Assembly (NCBI GenBank): GCA_905215965.1
Contig: CAJMSD010000002.1
Location: 196,866 to 260,865 of the forward strand
Source: an uncultured bacterium
GTDB taxonomy: Bacteria; Bacillota; Clostridia; Oscillospirales; Ruminococcaceae
Reading direction: 5' to 3'
Length of the DNA: 64,000 nt
Of this stretch, positions 51,952 through 61,594 are shown piece by piece (the stretch's first letter is position 1; each line of letters opens with the position of its first letter). The translations under genes were made by a program, and so were the position numbers. The notes beneath the pieces are model-generated. The model was not told the origin of the DNA and made no database searches. It saw only the letters and a program-made list of their open reading frames with translations.

Positions 51952-54422
51952 AAGTCATTAAAAATAAATTTACGCGCCTTGCCGCCTTTCTGATCGCCTG
52001 CGTCCTTGTGGGAGTATGCTCCTTCAGAGTATTCAAGCTTCTGATAGACGACGACAGAAAAAATATACTCGACGGCACCTACAGATATACGATGTCGGAC
52101 TCGATAACCGATACATATTCAAAGCTGTGGCTTATCGGAAATATGTATCTGCGAAATCTTGACGAGAACGGAAAGTTCTCCGGCAGCGAGTATCTTGAAA
52201 AAAGCACGATATCGGAAATGCAGGCTCTCGGTATCATGGACGAAAACGGCAAGCTCAAGGATATAGGTGACAATAACTTTGAATATTATGTCTCCTACGG
52301 AGATCAGTCCTTCACCAACGCGCCCGGCAAGAATATCGAGGACTATAAAAACTCCGCTTACTCGGTGGTCAATTCAGGCAATTCAATTACTCTCGGAGAA
52401 TCGCTTCATGTATGGATACCGCATTACAGCTGGTATATGACCAACTACGGCATGACCTATTACTACTATGACAAAGGCTTGGCTTTATTTGATTTCAATA
52501 CCGACGGTCTCGATTATTACATAGACGACAACGGAGCAAAAATATATTTCAAAACCGACGGCTCTACTCCAGTATACGACTATAGGGAAGATGATGAATA
52601 TATCGAGCCGACCGAGGTGCATATCGATTACACGATCGACCAGTACTATGATGAAAACGGAAACGCTCTGACATTCGAGGTGCTTGATGAAAACGGAGAT
52701 CCTATCTTTACTGATATCGACGGCAATCTTGTAAGACCTGAAATATTGTATAACGAAGAGTACGAACCTGTCGATCCCGATAATTATCCTTATGATATTG
52801 AACAGGCGACCGAAAGCACGGAAGTACCTGAAAATAATTTCTACAGCATTGCCGAAAGCGACGGCTTTGAGCTTACTCTTCTTATAGTTCCCAGCGACGA
52901 AAATATTGCTGCCTACGAAAAAGCAGACAATGAGTTTAACGCTCAGCGCAAAGAATTTATCAATTCAATTATCGATATGCTTCCGCTGGCATTGATAGTT
53001 CTTGTGCTTACAGTATTTTTCCTCTGGACAGGCGGCTGGAGCGTAAGCGAGAAGAAATACGTACTCAAAAGCTTAAATAAAATTTTCACAGAAGTGCCTA
53101 TCGCCGTTATTTGCATACTGATAGCGTGGATCGGCTACTACTTCGATAATTCTTATATTATATATGATGTGAAATATGTCATAAACGAGCTTTATCTTGA
53201 CGTATCGACTGCCGGAGTATGCGCTCTCGTTGTTACCGCTATTTTCGGTATCGCCGTTTTGATGCTGAATACGCTTATCGTTAAGCTAAAATGCAAAGCG
53301 TTCTTCAAGACCTCGCTTACAGGAAAAATTGCATCGGTAATTTATAAATACGCAAAAAAGCTTTACAAAAAAGCCGAAAGCCGCTTTGCTTCAAGAAGAG
53401 AACTCAAGAATAATGCCTTTGCGGTGCGATTTATAACAGTCTCCGTGATATATGCGGTATTGGAGATCCTCATTCTCATCATAGGCTTTGATTTTAACGC
53501 TTTTGCTCCTGCATTGATCGATTCGATGATCTTATCCGCAGTATATCTTGTAATGGTCTACTCTAATATCTCGGATATCACGCGTCTCAGTGCTCATATC
53601 GACAGCATTAACGAGGGCAATTACGAAAAGCAGACTGTCAAGCCGTCAAGCTTTGTTTATCCTATGACTCAAAAGCTCAACAACATTTCTGACGGTATCC
53701 AGACGGCAGTTGACAGGCAGGTTCAATCGGAGCGAATGAAGATCGACCTTGTTACAAACGTTTCTCACGATCTGAAAACTCCCCTCACCTCAATAATCAG
53801 CTACATCGACCTGCTTTCCGCAGAGGAGCTTACTCCCGAAGCGAGGGATTATGTAACTATCCTTGAACAGAAGTCGGAGCATCTGAAAGCTATGGTAACC
53901 GATCTTTTCGATCTTGCAAAGGCTACAAGCCGAACCGACGTTCAGCTTGAACTCATAGACGCGGTCATTCTTACAGGTCAGGTTCTCGGAGATCTCTCGG
54001 ATAAGATAAAAGCAAGCGGAAAAGAAATACGCACGAATATGAAGATCGACCGTGCTCCCGTTTATGCGGAGGGAAAGAAGCTTTACAGAGTGCTCCAGAA
54101 TCTCATCGACAACGCGCTGAAATATTCACTTGACGGCACAAGGATCTATACAAATCTGAGTAAAGAAGGCGAGAATTTCCTGCTTCAGATCAAGAATATT
54201 TCCTCATACGAGATGAACTTCTCTCCCGAAGAGATAACCGAGCGTTTTACAAGAGCAGACGAATCGAGAACGACTGACGGAAACGGCCTTGGACTCTCGA
54301 TAGCAAAGAGCTTTACGGAAGCCTGCGGAGGAAGCTTTGCTGTCTCAGTCGACGGCGACGTATTTACCGCAGAAATAAGACTTCCTATCGTAAACACACC
54401 GGAAGAATCCGAGCAAAATTAA
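51948..54422 (+). CDS. Sensor histidine kinase with a ~300-aa extracytoplasmic domain and several TM helices
   Basis: The H-box is SHDLKTPLTSIISYIDLL. The HATPase_c motifs are NLIDNALKYS and GNGLGLSIAKS. It overlaps the RR stop (ATGA). Confidence 0.85.
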   Translation: MKVIKNKFTRLAAFLIACVLVGVCSFRVFKLLIDDDRKNILDGTYRYTMSDSITDTYSKLWLIGNMYLRNLDENGKFSGSEYLEKSTISEMQALGIMDENGKLKDIGDNNFEYYVSYGDQSFTNAPGKNIEDYKNSAYSVVNSGNSITLGESLHVWIPHYSWYMTNYGMTYYYYDKGLALFDFNTDGLDYYIDDNGAKIYFKTDGSTPVYDYREDDEYIEPTEVHIDYTIDQYYDENGNALTFEVLDENGDPIFTDIDGNLVRPEILYNEEYEPVDPDNYPYDIEQATESTEVPENNFYSIAESDGFELTLLIVPSDENIAAYEKADNEFNAQRKEFINSIIDMLPLALIVLVLTVFFLWTGGWSVSEKKYVLKSLNKIFTEVPIAVICILIAWIGYYFDNSYIIYDVKYVINELYLDVSTAGVCALVVTAIFGIAVLMLNTLIVKLKCKAFFKTSLTGKIASVIYKYAKKLYKKAESRFASRRELKNNAFAVRFITVSVIYAVLEILILIIGFDFNAFAPALIDSMILSAVYLVMVYSNISDITRLSAHIDSINEGNYEKQTVKPSSFVYPMTQKLNNISDGIQTAVDRQVQSERMKIDLVTNVSHDLKTPLTSIISYIDLLSAEELTPEARDYVTILEQKSEHLKAMVTDLFDLAKATSRTDVQLELIDAVILTGQVLGDLSDKIKASGKEIRTNMKIDRAPVYAEGKKLYRVLQNLIDNALKYSLDGTRIYTNLSKEGENFLLQIKNISSYEMNFSPEEITERFTRADESRTTDGNGLGLSIAKSFTEACGGSFAVSVDGDVFTAEIRLPIVNTPEESEQN

Positions 54423-54446
54423 ACTCAAATTTGCATAATAATCAAA

Positions 54447-54485
54447 ATCGGTTCGGGATAATATATCCTGAACCGATTTCTTATA
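54447..54485 (+). terminator. Terminator of the YfhO-RR-HK operon
   Basis: AATCGGTTC-N14-GAACCGATT followed by a T-rich tract. Confidence 0.65.
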
Positions 54486-54489
54486 AATA

Positions 54490-54532
54490 AAAAACAGAGC
54501 AGTGCCGCTGTCAGGCGATACTGCTCTGTTAA
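54490..54532 (-). terminator. Terminator of the efp operon
   Basis: AACAGAGCAGT-N17-ACTGCTCTGTT with a T-run on the minus strand. Confidence 0.65.
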
Positions 54533-54542
54533 AACTCAATTA

Positions 54543-55025
54543 TTATTCGTCGGAATCCTCATCACTGGCGTCGAAATCCTCAATGGTAAGATCATTATAA
54601 TCAAACTCAAGAAGCTCGTTGCAATTAGGACAATTCATTGATCCCTCGTCGATAATGCTTTCGTCGAGAAGAATTGTATCTCCGCAGCTGGGGCAGGTAA
54701 CTTCATAAAGCTCGTCATCATCGTCGAATTCATAATCGTCGTCGTCATCAGAGCAATCGCAGTCATCGTCGCAGCAGTCACAGTCATCGCAGCCGCACTC
54801 GTCCAGATCGTAGAAGTCCTCCTCTACATTACCGAGATCCTCGTCAAGAATATCGCAAAGCTCTGTAAGCTCGTCCACCTGAGACTGAAGATCCTCAATA
54901 TAAACGACCATTTCCTGCATAACGTCAGCCATCTGAAGAAGCGCTTTTCCCTCCTTCGTAGAATCATCAACGTCGAGACCGTCAATAAGTCCCTGTAAAT
55001 ATGACATTTTTTCGGTAAGCTTCAT
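54543..55025 (-). CDS. Acidic Cys/Asp-rich protein with a C-terminal zinc ribbon (CD1247-N-domain-like)
   Basis: It has an N-terminal helical region, ECGCDDCDCCDDDCDCSDDDDD, and then CPSCGD...CPNCNE. Confidence 0.65.
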   Translation of the reverse strand: MKLTEKMSYLQGLIDGLDVDDSTKEGKALLQMADVMQEMVVYIEDLQSQVDELTELCDILDEDLGNVEEDFYDLDECGCDDCDCCDDDCDCSDDDDDYEFDDDDELYEVTCPSCGDTILLDESIIDEGSMNCPNCNELLEFDYNDLTIEDFDASDEDSDE

Positions 55026-55060
55026 AAACAGCTCCCCCTTTCAAATTAATCGCAGAGTAA

Positions 55061-55618
55061 TTAAGCTCTCTGCATATACTCTCCGGTTCTTGTGTCGATT
55101 CTGATAGTTTCGCCCTGATCTATAAAGAGCGGAACCTTTACCTCAGCGCCTGTTTCAAGAATAGCCGGCTTAGTAGCGTTAGTAGCAGTATCGCCCTTAA
55201 ATCCGGGATCAGTTTCCGTAACAACGAGATCTACAAAGTTCGGAGGCTCAACTCCGAAAACGTTGCCCTTATATGAAAGAACGGTACAAAGCATTTCTTC
55301 CTTAACGAACTTAAAGTTGTCACCGAGAACTGATGCATTGATAGGAAGCTGCTCATAGGTCTCCATATCCATGAAGTAATAGAGATCACCGTCAGTATAG
55401 CTGTACTGCATTTCGCGTCTCTCTACAAAAGCTGTCGGGAACTTAGCTGTAGGGTTAAAGGACTGTTCAACAACAGCACCCGTAATAACATTCTTATACT
55501 TAGTTCTTACAAAAGCAGCGCCCTTACCCGGTTTTACGTGCTGGAATTCAATAACCTGAACCACATTGCCGTCCATTTCGAAAGTAACGCCGTTTCTGAA
55601 ATCGCCTGCTGAAATCAT
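55061..55618 (-). CDS. efp: Translation elongation factor P
   Basis: [44 protein letters not shown]. The start is at ATG 55618 after GGAGG. Confidence 0.95.
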   Translation of the reverse strand: MISAGDFRNGVTFEMDGNVVQVIEFQHVKPGKGAAFVRTKYKNVITGAVVEQSFNPTAKFPTAFVERREMQYSYTDGDLYYFMDMETYEQLPINASVLGDNFKFVKEEMLCTVLSYKGNVFGVEPPNFVDLVVTETDPGFKGDTATNATKPAILETGAEVKVPLFIDQGETIRIDTRTGEYMQRA

Positions 55619-55700
55619 TATAAATACCTCCGTATTATTCAATTAATATACTACATTTTACCATAAAATCTGAATTTTGGCAATACCTTACGCGATAATA

Positions 55701-56774
55701 TTACAAAGATATTATATTTTTTGCACATTTTGTCAGATTAACGCAGTCATTTTCGGTCAAAATGACAAAATCCTCAATACGAACTCCGAATTTTCCTGCC
55801 AGATAAATACCCGGCTCAACGGTAACGACGGAATTCTTGCGCAAGGTATGCGAATAATTCGGGGAAGCGTTCGGCAGCTCATGGATCTCGAGTCCTGTTC
55901 CGTGGCCGAGCGAATGACCGAAGTTTTCGCCGTAGCCTGCCTCACTGATAATATCGCGGGCAATTTTATCAAGCTCCGCTCCCGTCATTCCTGCATGAGC
56001 AGCTTCAAGGCAGGCAAGCTGAGCCTGAAGAACCGTATCATACACCTTTTTCATTTCGTCGGACGGTTCTCCCACACAGACAGTTCTTGTCATATCGCTG
56101 TGATAGCCGTTATAGACAGCTCCGAAATCCATCAGCACGAAATCGCCGTTTTCAACGAGCTTATCGGAGGGAACTCCGTGCGGCATGGACGTATTTGCTC
56201 CCGAAAGCACGATAGTTTCAAAGGAAATGTCCTCCGCGCCGCGTATAAGCATCTGTCTGTTCAGTTCAAGCGCTATCTCGCGCTCGGAAACTCCGGCTTT
56301 AATAAATTTCAAAATTTCGCTGTAAGCTTCCTCGGCGATTTGCTGAGCTTTTTTAATATATTCGATTTCCTCGCAGTCTTTTACCATGCGCATATTGCTT
56401 ATTGCCGTGCTCAGGATATGGGACTGATTCACATCTACATTTTCAAACATAAGAAAATCTGTAAGCTTTTCAAGCTCGGCAACAGTCATAGTCTGTGATT
56501 CGATCGCCATAATATGCGCCGAATGCTTCTTCAAAAGCTCCAATATCTGAGGAAACAGCTTTTTCTGCTCGATGACCTCGGCGGAGGATACAGACTCCCT
56601 TGCCTTTTCGATATATCTGAAATCTATTATAAGATACGCTTTATCCCTGAACGCAAGCACAGTGCCGTCCGAGGATTTCATTCCCGTAAAATATCTTCGG
56701 TTTACGTCCGAGGTTATCAGAGCGCAGTCGATATCGTCGGGAAGCAGTTCAAATAGACGTTCAAATCTGTTCAA
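55701..56774 (-). CDS. pepP: Xaa-Pro aminopeptidase (M24B family)
   Basis: A creatinase-like N domain plus the M24 core (DFGAVYNGYHSDMTRT, HSLGHGTGLEIHE, VTVEPGIY). The probable start is TTG 56774 (RBS AAGGAA). Confidence 0.8.
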   Translation of the reverse strand: MNRFERLFELLPDDIDCALITSDVNRRYFTGMKSSDGTVLAFRDKAYLIIDFRYIEKARESVSSAEVIEQKKLFPQILELLKKHSAHIMAIESQTMTVAELEKLTDFLMFENVDVNQSHILSTAISNMRMVKDCEEIEYIKKAQQIAEEAYSEILKFIKAGVSEREIALELNRQMLIRGAEDISFETIVLSGANTSMPHGVPSDKLVENGDFVLMDFGAVYNGYHSDMTRTVCVGEPSDEMKKVYDTVLQAQLACLEAAHAGMTGAELDKIARDIISEAGYGENFGHSLGHGTGLEIHELPNASPNYSHTLRKNSVVTVEPGIYLAGKFGVRIEDFVILTENDCVNLTKCAKNIISL

Positions 56775-56787
56775 AGCACTCACTTCC

Positions 56788-57219
56788 TTAAAGCTCCGAA
56801 AGAGCCTGAACTGCAAGATAATAGCTTCCGAATCCAAATCCGCTTATCGTACCCTTGCAAACAGGAGCGATCACGGAATTTCTGCGGAATTCATCTCTTG
56901 CATGAACGTTGCTTATATGTACCTCGATACACGGGATCTTTATCGCCGCAATAGCGTCTCTGATAGCGTAGCTGTAGTGGGTATAAGCTCCTGCATTTAT
57001 GATGATTCCGTCAAAGCTTGTCCGCGCGCTGTGCAGCTTGTCGATAATAGCGCCCTCATGATTTGACTGAAAGATCTCGCACTGAAGTCCTTGTTCCTTG
57101 GCTCTTTCGATGATATTTTTATTCAGAACGTCTATTCCGGAGCTGCCGTATATTCCCGGCTCGCGCTCGCCCAAAAGATTCAGATTCGGTCCGTGTATTA
57201 CAAGTATTTTCTTTATCAT
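56788..57219 (-). CDS. aroQ: Type II 3-dehydroquinate dehydratase
   Basis: ILVIHGPNLNLLGEREPGIYG...QSNHEGAIIDKLH. The start is at ATG 57219 after AAGGAG. Confidence 0.9.
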   Translation of the reverse strand: MIKKILVIHGPNLNLLGEREPGIYGSSGIDVLNKNIIERAKEQGLQCEIFQSNHEGAIIDKLHSARTSFDGIIINAGAYTHYSYAIRDAIAAIKIPCIEVHISNVHARDEFRRNSVIAPVCKGTISGFGFGSYYLAVQALSEL

Positions 57220-57229
57220 AATTATCTCC

Positions 57230-57718
57230 TTAATCGTACAGCTTTTTCGGCAGAAAAGGTGTTTCAAGCTTTCTTTTTATTTTGAAGAACAGAGTTTTTT
57301 CATGCTCGATAGGCGATACGTACAATATTTTAATTCCGGCAAGATTAGCTCCGAGCACATCGGTAAATATCTGATCTCCGACAGCGGCAAGCTCGTTTTT
57401 TTCAAGTCCCATGCGGCTTTTCGCTTCCGAAAATCCCTTAGTAAGAGGTTTTTTGCCCTCGCTGACGAATTCAAGTCCGAGCATATCGGCAAAGGGCTTG
57501 ACTCTTGGAGGATGATTATTTGACACGATCATCAGCTTTATGCCCGATTTTTTCATATTTGCTATCCAGTCGAGCACACCGTCAGCCGGCCTTGGATTAT
57601 CATGAGTTGTAAGCGTATTATCAAGGTCGAGTACCAGACCCTTGACATTCATTTTTTTCAGAAAATCCGTTTTTATGTCAGTGACACGTCTGAATGCGGC
57701 AGTTATTTTAAAAAGCAT
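57230..57718 (-). CDS. yqeG: YqeG-family HAD-IIIA phosphatase
   Basis: LVLDLDNTL...MIVSNN...GDQIFTDVLGAN. I set the start at ATG 57718 after GGAGGG. Confidence 0.8.
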   Translation of the reverse strand: MLFKITAAFRRVTDIKTDFLKKMNVKGLVLDLDNTLTTHDNPRPADGVLDWIANMKKSGIKLMIVSNNHPPRVKPFADMLGLEFVSEGKKPLTKGFSEAKSRMGLEKNELAAVGDQIFTDVLGANLAGIKILYVSPIEHEKTLFFKIKRKLETPFLPKKLYD

Positions 57719-57870
57719 ACGTCCCTCCGGAATATTATACATCATTTCAACCGAGAAATTTGTCGGAATAAGAACTTGGCTTCATAAGATCGGTGCGCGG
57801 ATTTTGGACAAAATTTTGTTGATGACAAGACAAAAAGCCGCGGACATACTGACGTATGGCAAGGATCTTT

Positions 57871-57933
57871 AACGAAGGCAGCGGCAAAAGATCGTCTAAA
57901 AGACGCGTGCCGCAGCTTGTGAAGACAGGTTCT
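57871..57933 (+). repeat. 63-nt dispersed structured element, copy 2 (see 1078-1140)
   Basis: aacgaaggcagcggcaaaagatCgtctaaaagacgCgtgcCgcagcttgtgaagacaggttct. Confidence 0.85.
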
Positions 57934-57944
57934 AAATAACTCAT

Positions 57945-57975
57945 ATAAATGAAAAAGCGAGCAAACGCCCGCTTT
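57945..57975 (-). terminator. rpsU terminator
   Basis: On the minus strand, AAAAGCGGGC-gttt-GCTCGCTTTTT (imperfect stem plus a T-run). Confidence 0.6.
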
Positions 57976-58002
57976 TATCAACATTTTAAAGTTTTCGCAA
58001 GA

Positions 58003-58176
58003 TCAATACTTACGCTTACGAGCTGCCTCAGACTTCTTCTTACGCTTTACCGAAGGCTTTTCGTAGTGTTCTCTCTTACGAACCTCAGCTATAACGCCGT
58101 CCTTAGCACATGATCTCTTAAATCTTTTAAGAGCTGTATCCAAGGATTCGTTTTTGCCTACGCGAACTTCTGCCAC
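58003..58176 (-). CDS. rpsU: 30S ribosomal protein S21
   Basis: (M)[27 protein letters not shown]...KRKK. The start is GTG 58176 after AGGGAGG. Confidence 0.9.
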   Translation of the reverse strand: MAEVRVGKNESLDTALKRFKRSCAKDGVIAEVRKREHYEKPSVKRKKKSEAARKRKY

Positions 58177-58368
58177 TATCTTTCCCTCCCTTATATCAGA
58201 GGTTGTTCGGAACGAGCCAAACATCTATGCCAATCACCCGAAAAGGTGTCAGTCATCATATACCTCAAAAAGCACATAGCAGTTACAAAAAGCTATAAAT
58301 AATATAATATTAGTTTACCACAAAATTCAGCTCTTGTCAAGAAGAATTTTACTTGATGTAAAACTTCG

Positions 58369-60774
58369 TTATTTTGCTACAATATTAACAAGTTTATTTG
58401 GTACATATATCTGTTTAATGATATTTTTTCCGTCAACGGCTTCCTTTACCTTTTCGTCGTCAAGAGCCATTGCAATTACAGAATCCTTATCGGCATCGAC
58501 CGCAATATTAAGCTTAGCCTTGAGCTTTCCGTTTACCTGAACGACGATCTCGATAGTTTCATCCTTGCAGAGAGCTTCGTCATAATCGAGCCATTTCTGT
58601 TCGCTGAGGATCTTTCCGAATACGGAATTGTACATCTCCTCAGTGATATGCGGAGCAAACGGATTGAGCATCATACACAAAGCCGTAAACTCAGCCTTAT
58701 TTATCTTTCCGACAGCATAGATCTCGTTGACAAGCGACATCATAGCGGCAATTGCGGTATTGAACTTCATGCTTTCAATATCCTCGGAAACCTTTTTAAT
58801 GGTTTTGTGGAACGAGGATTTAAGCGCGTCGCTGTAGTCGTCGCCGTCCGTAAGCATATCCTGAAGCGCCCATATACGGTCAAGGAATCTCTTGCAGCCC
58901 TTGATGCTTGAAGAGCTCCACGGAGCAGCCTTTTCGTAATCGCCCATAAACAGGACATAAAGGCGGAGAACATCTGCGCCGTACTCATCGACAACATCGT
59001 TCGGGTCGATAACGTTTCCTCTGGATTTGCTCATCTTTTCGCCGTCAGGGCCGAGAATGAGTCCCTGAGCGGTTCTCTTTGCATACGGCTCGGACGTAGG
59101 AACAAGACCCAGATCGTAAAGGAATTTATGCCAGAAGCGCGAATAGATCATATGACGCGTAACGTGCTCCATTCCGCCGTTGTACCAGTCTACAGGCATC
59201 CAGTATTTCAGCGCTTCCTGAGAAGCGAATTCCTTGTCATTGTTCGGGTCGCAGTAGCGGAGGAAGTACCATGAAGAGCCTGCCCACTGAGGCATTGTAT
59301 CGGTCTCTCTCTTGGCGTCGCAGCCGCACTTCGGGCACTTACAGTTCACATAGCTGTCGATTTTTGCAAGAGGACTTTCTCCGTCCGTTCCCAGTTCATA
59401 ATTATCGACCTTTGGCAGCTCAAGAGGAAGCTCCTCGTAAGGAACGGCAACCATTCCGCAGTGAGGGCAGTGAACTATCGGGATAGGTTCGCCCCAATAT
59501 CTCTGACGGTTGAATGCCCAGTCCTTCATCTTATACTGAACGCCCTTTTCGCCGCACCCAAGCTCTTCCAGCAAGCCGAGCATTTTTTCGATAGCGTCTT
59601 TCTTATTGGAAATACCGTCAAGGATTCCCGAGTTCACCATTTCACCGTCGCCGGTATAAGCCTCTACAGTAATATCTCCGCCCTTGATGACTTCGATTAT
59701 ATCGATGCCGAATTTTTTCGCAAAATCATAATCACGCGAATCGTGCGCAGGTACAGCCATAATTGCTCCCGTACCGTAGCCCATCATAACGTAATCCGAA
59801 ATGTACACGGGTATCTCTTTTCCCGTAACAGGATTTACAGCCGTAAATCCGTCAATTTTAACGCCTGTCTTATCCTTTACAAGCTGAGTTCTTTCAAACT
59901 CGCTCTTCTTTGCGCATTCCTCTCTGTAAGCGTCAAGAGCCTCGATATTTGATATAGAATCCCTGTACTTCTGAATGATAGGGTGCTCCGGAGCAATAAC
60001 CATAAACGTTACGCCGTAGAGAGTGTCGGGACGCGTTGTATATATTCTGAGCTTTTCGCCGTTTTCCTTGATAGTAAAGTTTACAAAAGCTCCTGTGGAC
60101 TTGCCTATCCAGTTCTGCTGCTGAAGCTTTACGTTGGGGAGATAATCCACCTCTTCAAGTCCCTGAAGAAGCTTGTCAGCATATTCGGTGATCCTGAGAT
60201 ACCATACTTCCTTTGTTTTCTGAACGATATCGCTGTGACAGATATCGCATTTTCCGCCCTGAGAATCCTCGTTTGAAAGCACTACCTTACAGCTCGGGCA
60301 GTAATTTACGGAAGTCTTATCTCTGAAAACAAGGCCGTTTTCGAACATTTTAAGAAATATCCACTGAGTCCATTTATAATAGTCCTCCTGAGTTGTATCG
60401 ATAACTCTCGACCAGTCGAAAGAGAAGCCGACTTTTTTAAGCTGACCCGTGAACTTTTTTATATTTTCATCTGTGACCTTTCTTGGGTGAACTCCCGTTT
60501 TAATGGCGGTATTCTCGGTCGGGAGGCCGTAAGCGTCAAAGCCGATAGGGAAAAGCACGTTATATCCCTGCATTCTGCGCTTTCTGCTGATAACCTCAAG
60601 TCCGGAATACGCCTTTATATGACCTACGTGCATTCCGTGGCCGGACGGATACGGAAACTCTACAAGTCCGTAAAATTTAGGTTTAGTGTAGTCGTTTACT
60701 GCTTCAAAGCTTTTATGCTCGTCCCAGTAATTCTGCCATTTTTTCTCAATAGCCGCAAAATCATATCTGCTCAT
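58369..60774 (-). CDS. leuS: Leucine--tRNA ligase
   Basis: The HIGH motif is PYPSGHGMHVGH and the KMSKS motif is present. It also has the CP1 editing domain. The start is at ATG 60774 (MSRYDF). Confidence 0.95.
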   Translation of the reverse strand: MSRYDFAAIEKKWQNYWDEHKSFEAVNDYTKPKFYGLVEFPYPSGHGMHVGHIKAYSGLEVISRKRRMQGYNVLFPIGFDAYGLPTENTAIKTGVHPRKVTDENIKKFTGQLKKVGFSFDWSRVIDTTQEDYYKWTQWIFLKMFENGLVFRDKTSVNYCPSCKVVLSNEDSQGGKCDICHSDIVQKTKEVWYLRITEYADKLLQGLEEVDYLPNVKLQQQNWIGKSTGAFVNFTIKENGEKLRIYTTRPDTLYGVTFMVIAPEHPIIQKYRDSISNIEALDAYREECAKKSEFERTQLVKDKTGVKIDGFTAVNPVTGKEIPVYISDYVMMGYGTGAIMAVPAHDSRDYDFAKKFGIDIIEVIKGGDITVEAYTGDGEMVNSGILDGISNKKDAIEKMLGLLEELGCGEKGVQYKMKDWAFNRQRYWGEPIPIVHCPHCGMVAVPYEELPLELPKVDNYELGTDGESPLAKIDSYVNCKCPKCGCDAKRETDTMPQWAGSSWYFLRYCDPNNDKEFASQEALKYWMPVDWYNGGMEHVTRHMIYSRFWHKFLYDLGLVPTSEPYAKRTAQGLILGPDGEKMSKSRGNVIDPNDVVDEYGADVLRLYVLFMGDYEKAAPWSSSSIKGCKRFLDRIWALQDMLTDGDDYSDALKSSFHKTIKKVSEDIESMKFNTAIAAMMSLVNEIYAVGKINKAEFTALCMMLNPFAPHITEEMYNSVFGKILSEQKWLDYDEALCKDETIEIVVQVNGKLKAKLNIAVDADKDSVIAMALDDEKVKEAVDGKNIIKQIYVPNKLVNIVAK

Positions 60775-60855
60775 TTTTATCATTCCTTTAAATAATGTAT
60801 TGCGGAAGCTGCGGACATACCGTTCAGCGCTTCCTGCTGTATTTCGGAATTTTCG

Positions 60856-61209
60856 TCAATTCCTGCCGATCTCGCTCCACTTGTTCGTAAAGTGTTCCTT
60901 TACATCTTTCTGAATAATAAGAAGCACAGCACAGACTATATCAACGGCAGCTTCTATAAGATATATAATATGACCGCCGATATCCGAAAGATTTGTTTTA
61001 AGATGCATCAAAACAACCAATGCAAGAATTCCTGCAACAATGTAATTAAGGTACATAAGTCCCGTATAAAGCGCAGCGGCTTCAAGAACGGCATATACAA
61101 TATTGAAAATATTATGATCTCCGAGCAGCATATTCACAACTGCCTTTACGATAACATAAAGTCCGATAATTACTGCAAGCCCTCTTCCTGTTGAGTTATT
61201 AGTTTTCAT
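60856..61209 (-). CDS. Hypothetical small integral membrane protein (4 TM)
   Basis: A hydrophobic 117-aa ORF lying between rsfS and leuS on the same strand. Confidence 0.55.
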   Translation of the reverse strand: MKTNNSTGRGLAVIIGLYVIVKAVVNMLLGDHNIFNIVYAVLEAAALYTGLMYLNYIVAGILALVVLMHLKTNLSDIGGHIIYLIEAAVDIVCAVLLIIQKDVKEHFTNKWSEIGRN

Positions 61210-61573
61210 CGTTGTTCTCCTTGATAAGATACGGAGCCGTATCTATCTGTTCTCCGTCTGCCCAAAGACGTTCAAGCTGATAAAAGTTTCTTGCTTCCTT
61301 ATAAAAAACGTGTACGATTATATCCGCATAGTCGAGAATTATCCACGTATTTCCCGTATCCGCTTCACGTCTCTGAGGCTCTTCGCCTTTCTGAGAAAGC
61401 TGAAATTCGACCTCGTCGGCAAGAGTACGCGTATGAGTATTACTCGTACCGTTTACAATAACAAAATAATCCGCAAGTATCGTAAGATCGCTTATTTTAA
61501 TCGCCTGAATATCCTCTCCTCTTTTGCTGTCAAGAGTTTTTATGATAAGCTCAAGCTTTTCCTGCTGTGTCAT
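61199..61573 (-). CDS. rsfS: Ribosome silencing factor RsfS (iojap)
   Basis: ADYFVIVNGTSNTHTRTLADEV...WIILDYADIIVHVFYKEARNFYQLERLW. Confidence 0.9.
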   Translation of the reverse strand: MTQQEKLELIIKTLDSKRGEDIQAIKISDLTILADYFVIVNGTSNTHTRTLADEVEFQLSQKGEEPQRREADTGNTWIILDYADIIVHVFYKEARNFYQLERLWADGEQIDTAPYLIKENNDEN

Positions 61574-61594
61574 AATATGCCTGCCTTTCCTAAT

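Noticed and set aside
55677-56498. 273-aa plus-strand ORF.
   Set aside because: It is antisense to the M24 aminopeptidase gene, which has intact metal-binding motifs.
1078-57933. Could the two 63-nt direct repeats be att sites flanking a 57-kb integrated element?
   Set aside because: The interval is full of core housekeeping genes (glnN, fba, folD, lgt, efp, aroQ) and lacks integrase or conjugation genes.
58177-58368. Promoter-like TTGACA-17-TAAACT and a ~130-nt leader upstream of rpsU, considered as a ribosomal-protein autoregulatory leader.
   Set aside because: I could find only weak, short hairpins by eye, and I cannot support a specific structure without covariation data.
60775-60855. 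Looked for a T-box leader upstream of leuS, as is common in Firmicutes.
   Set aside because: Only about 80 nt separate leuS from the upstream gene. The gap holds one imperfect hairpin (GCGGAAGC...GCTTCCTGC) and no specifier-loop or T-box sequence. leuS is probably co-transcribed with the upstream genes.
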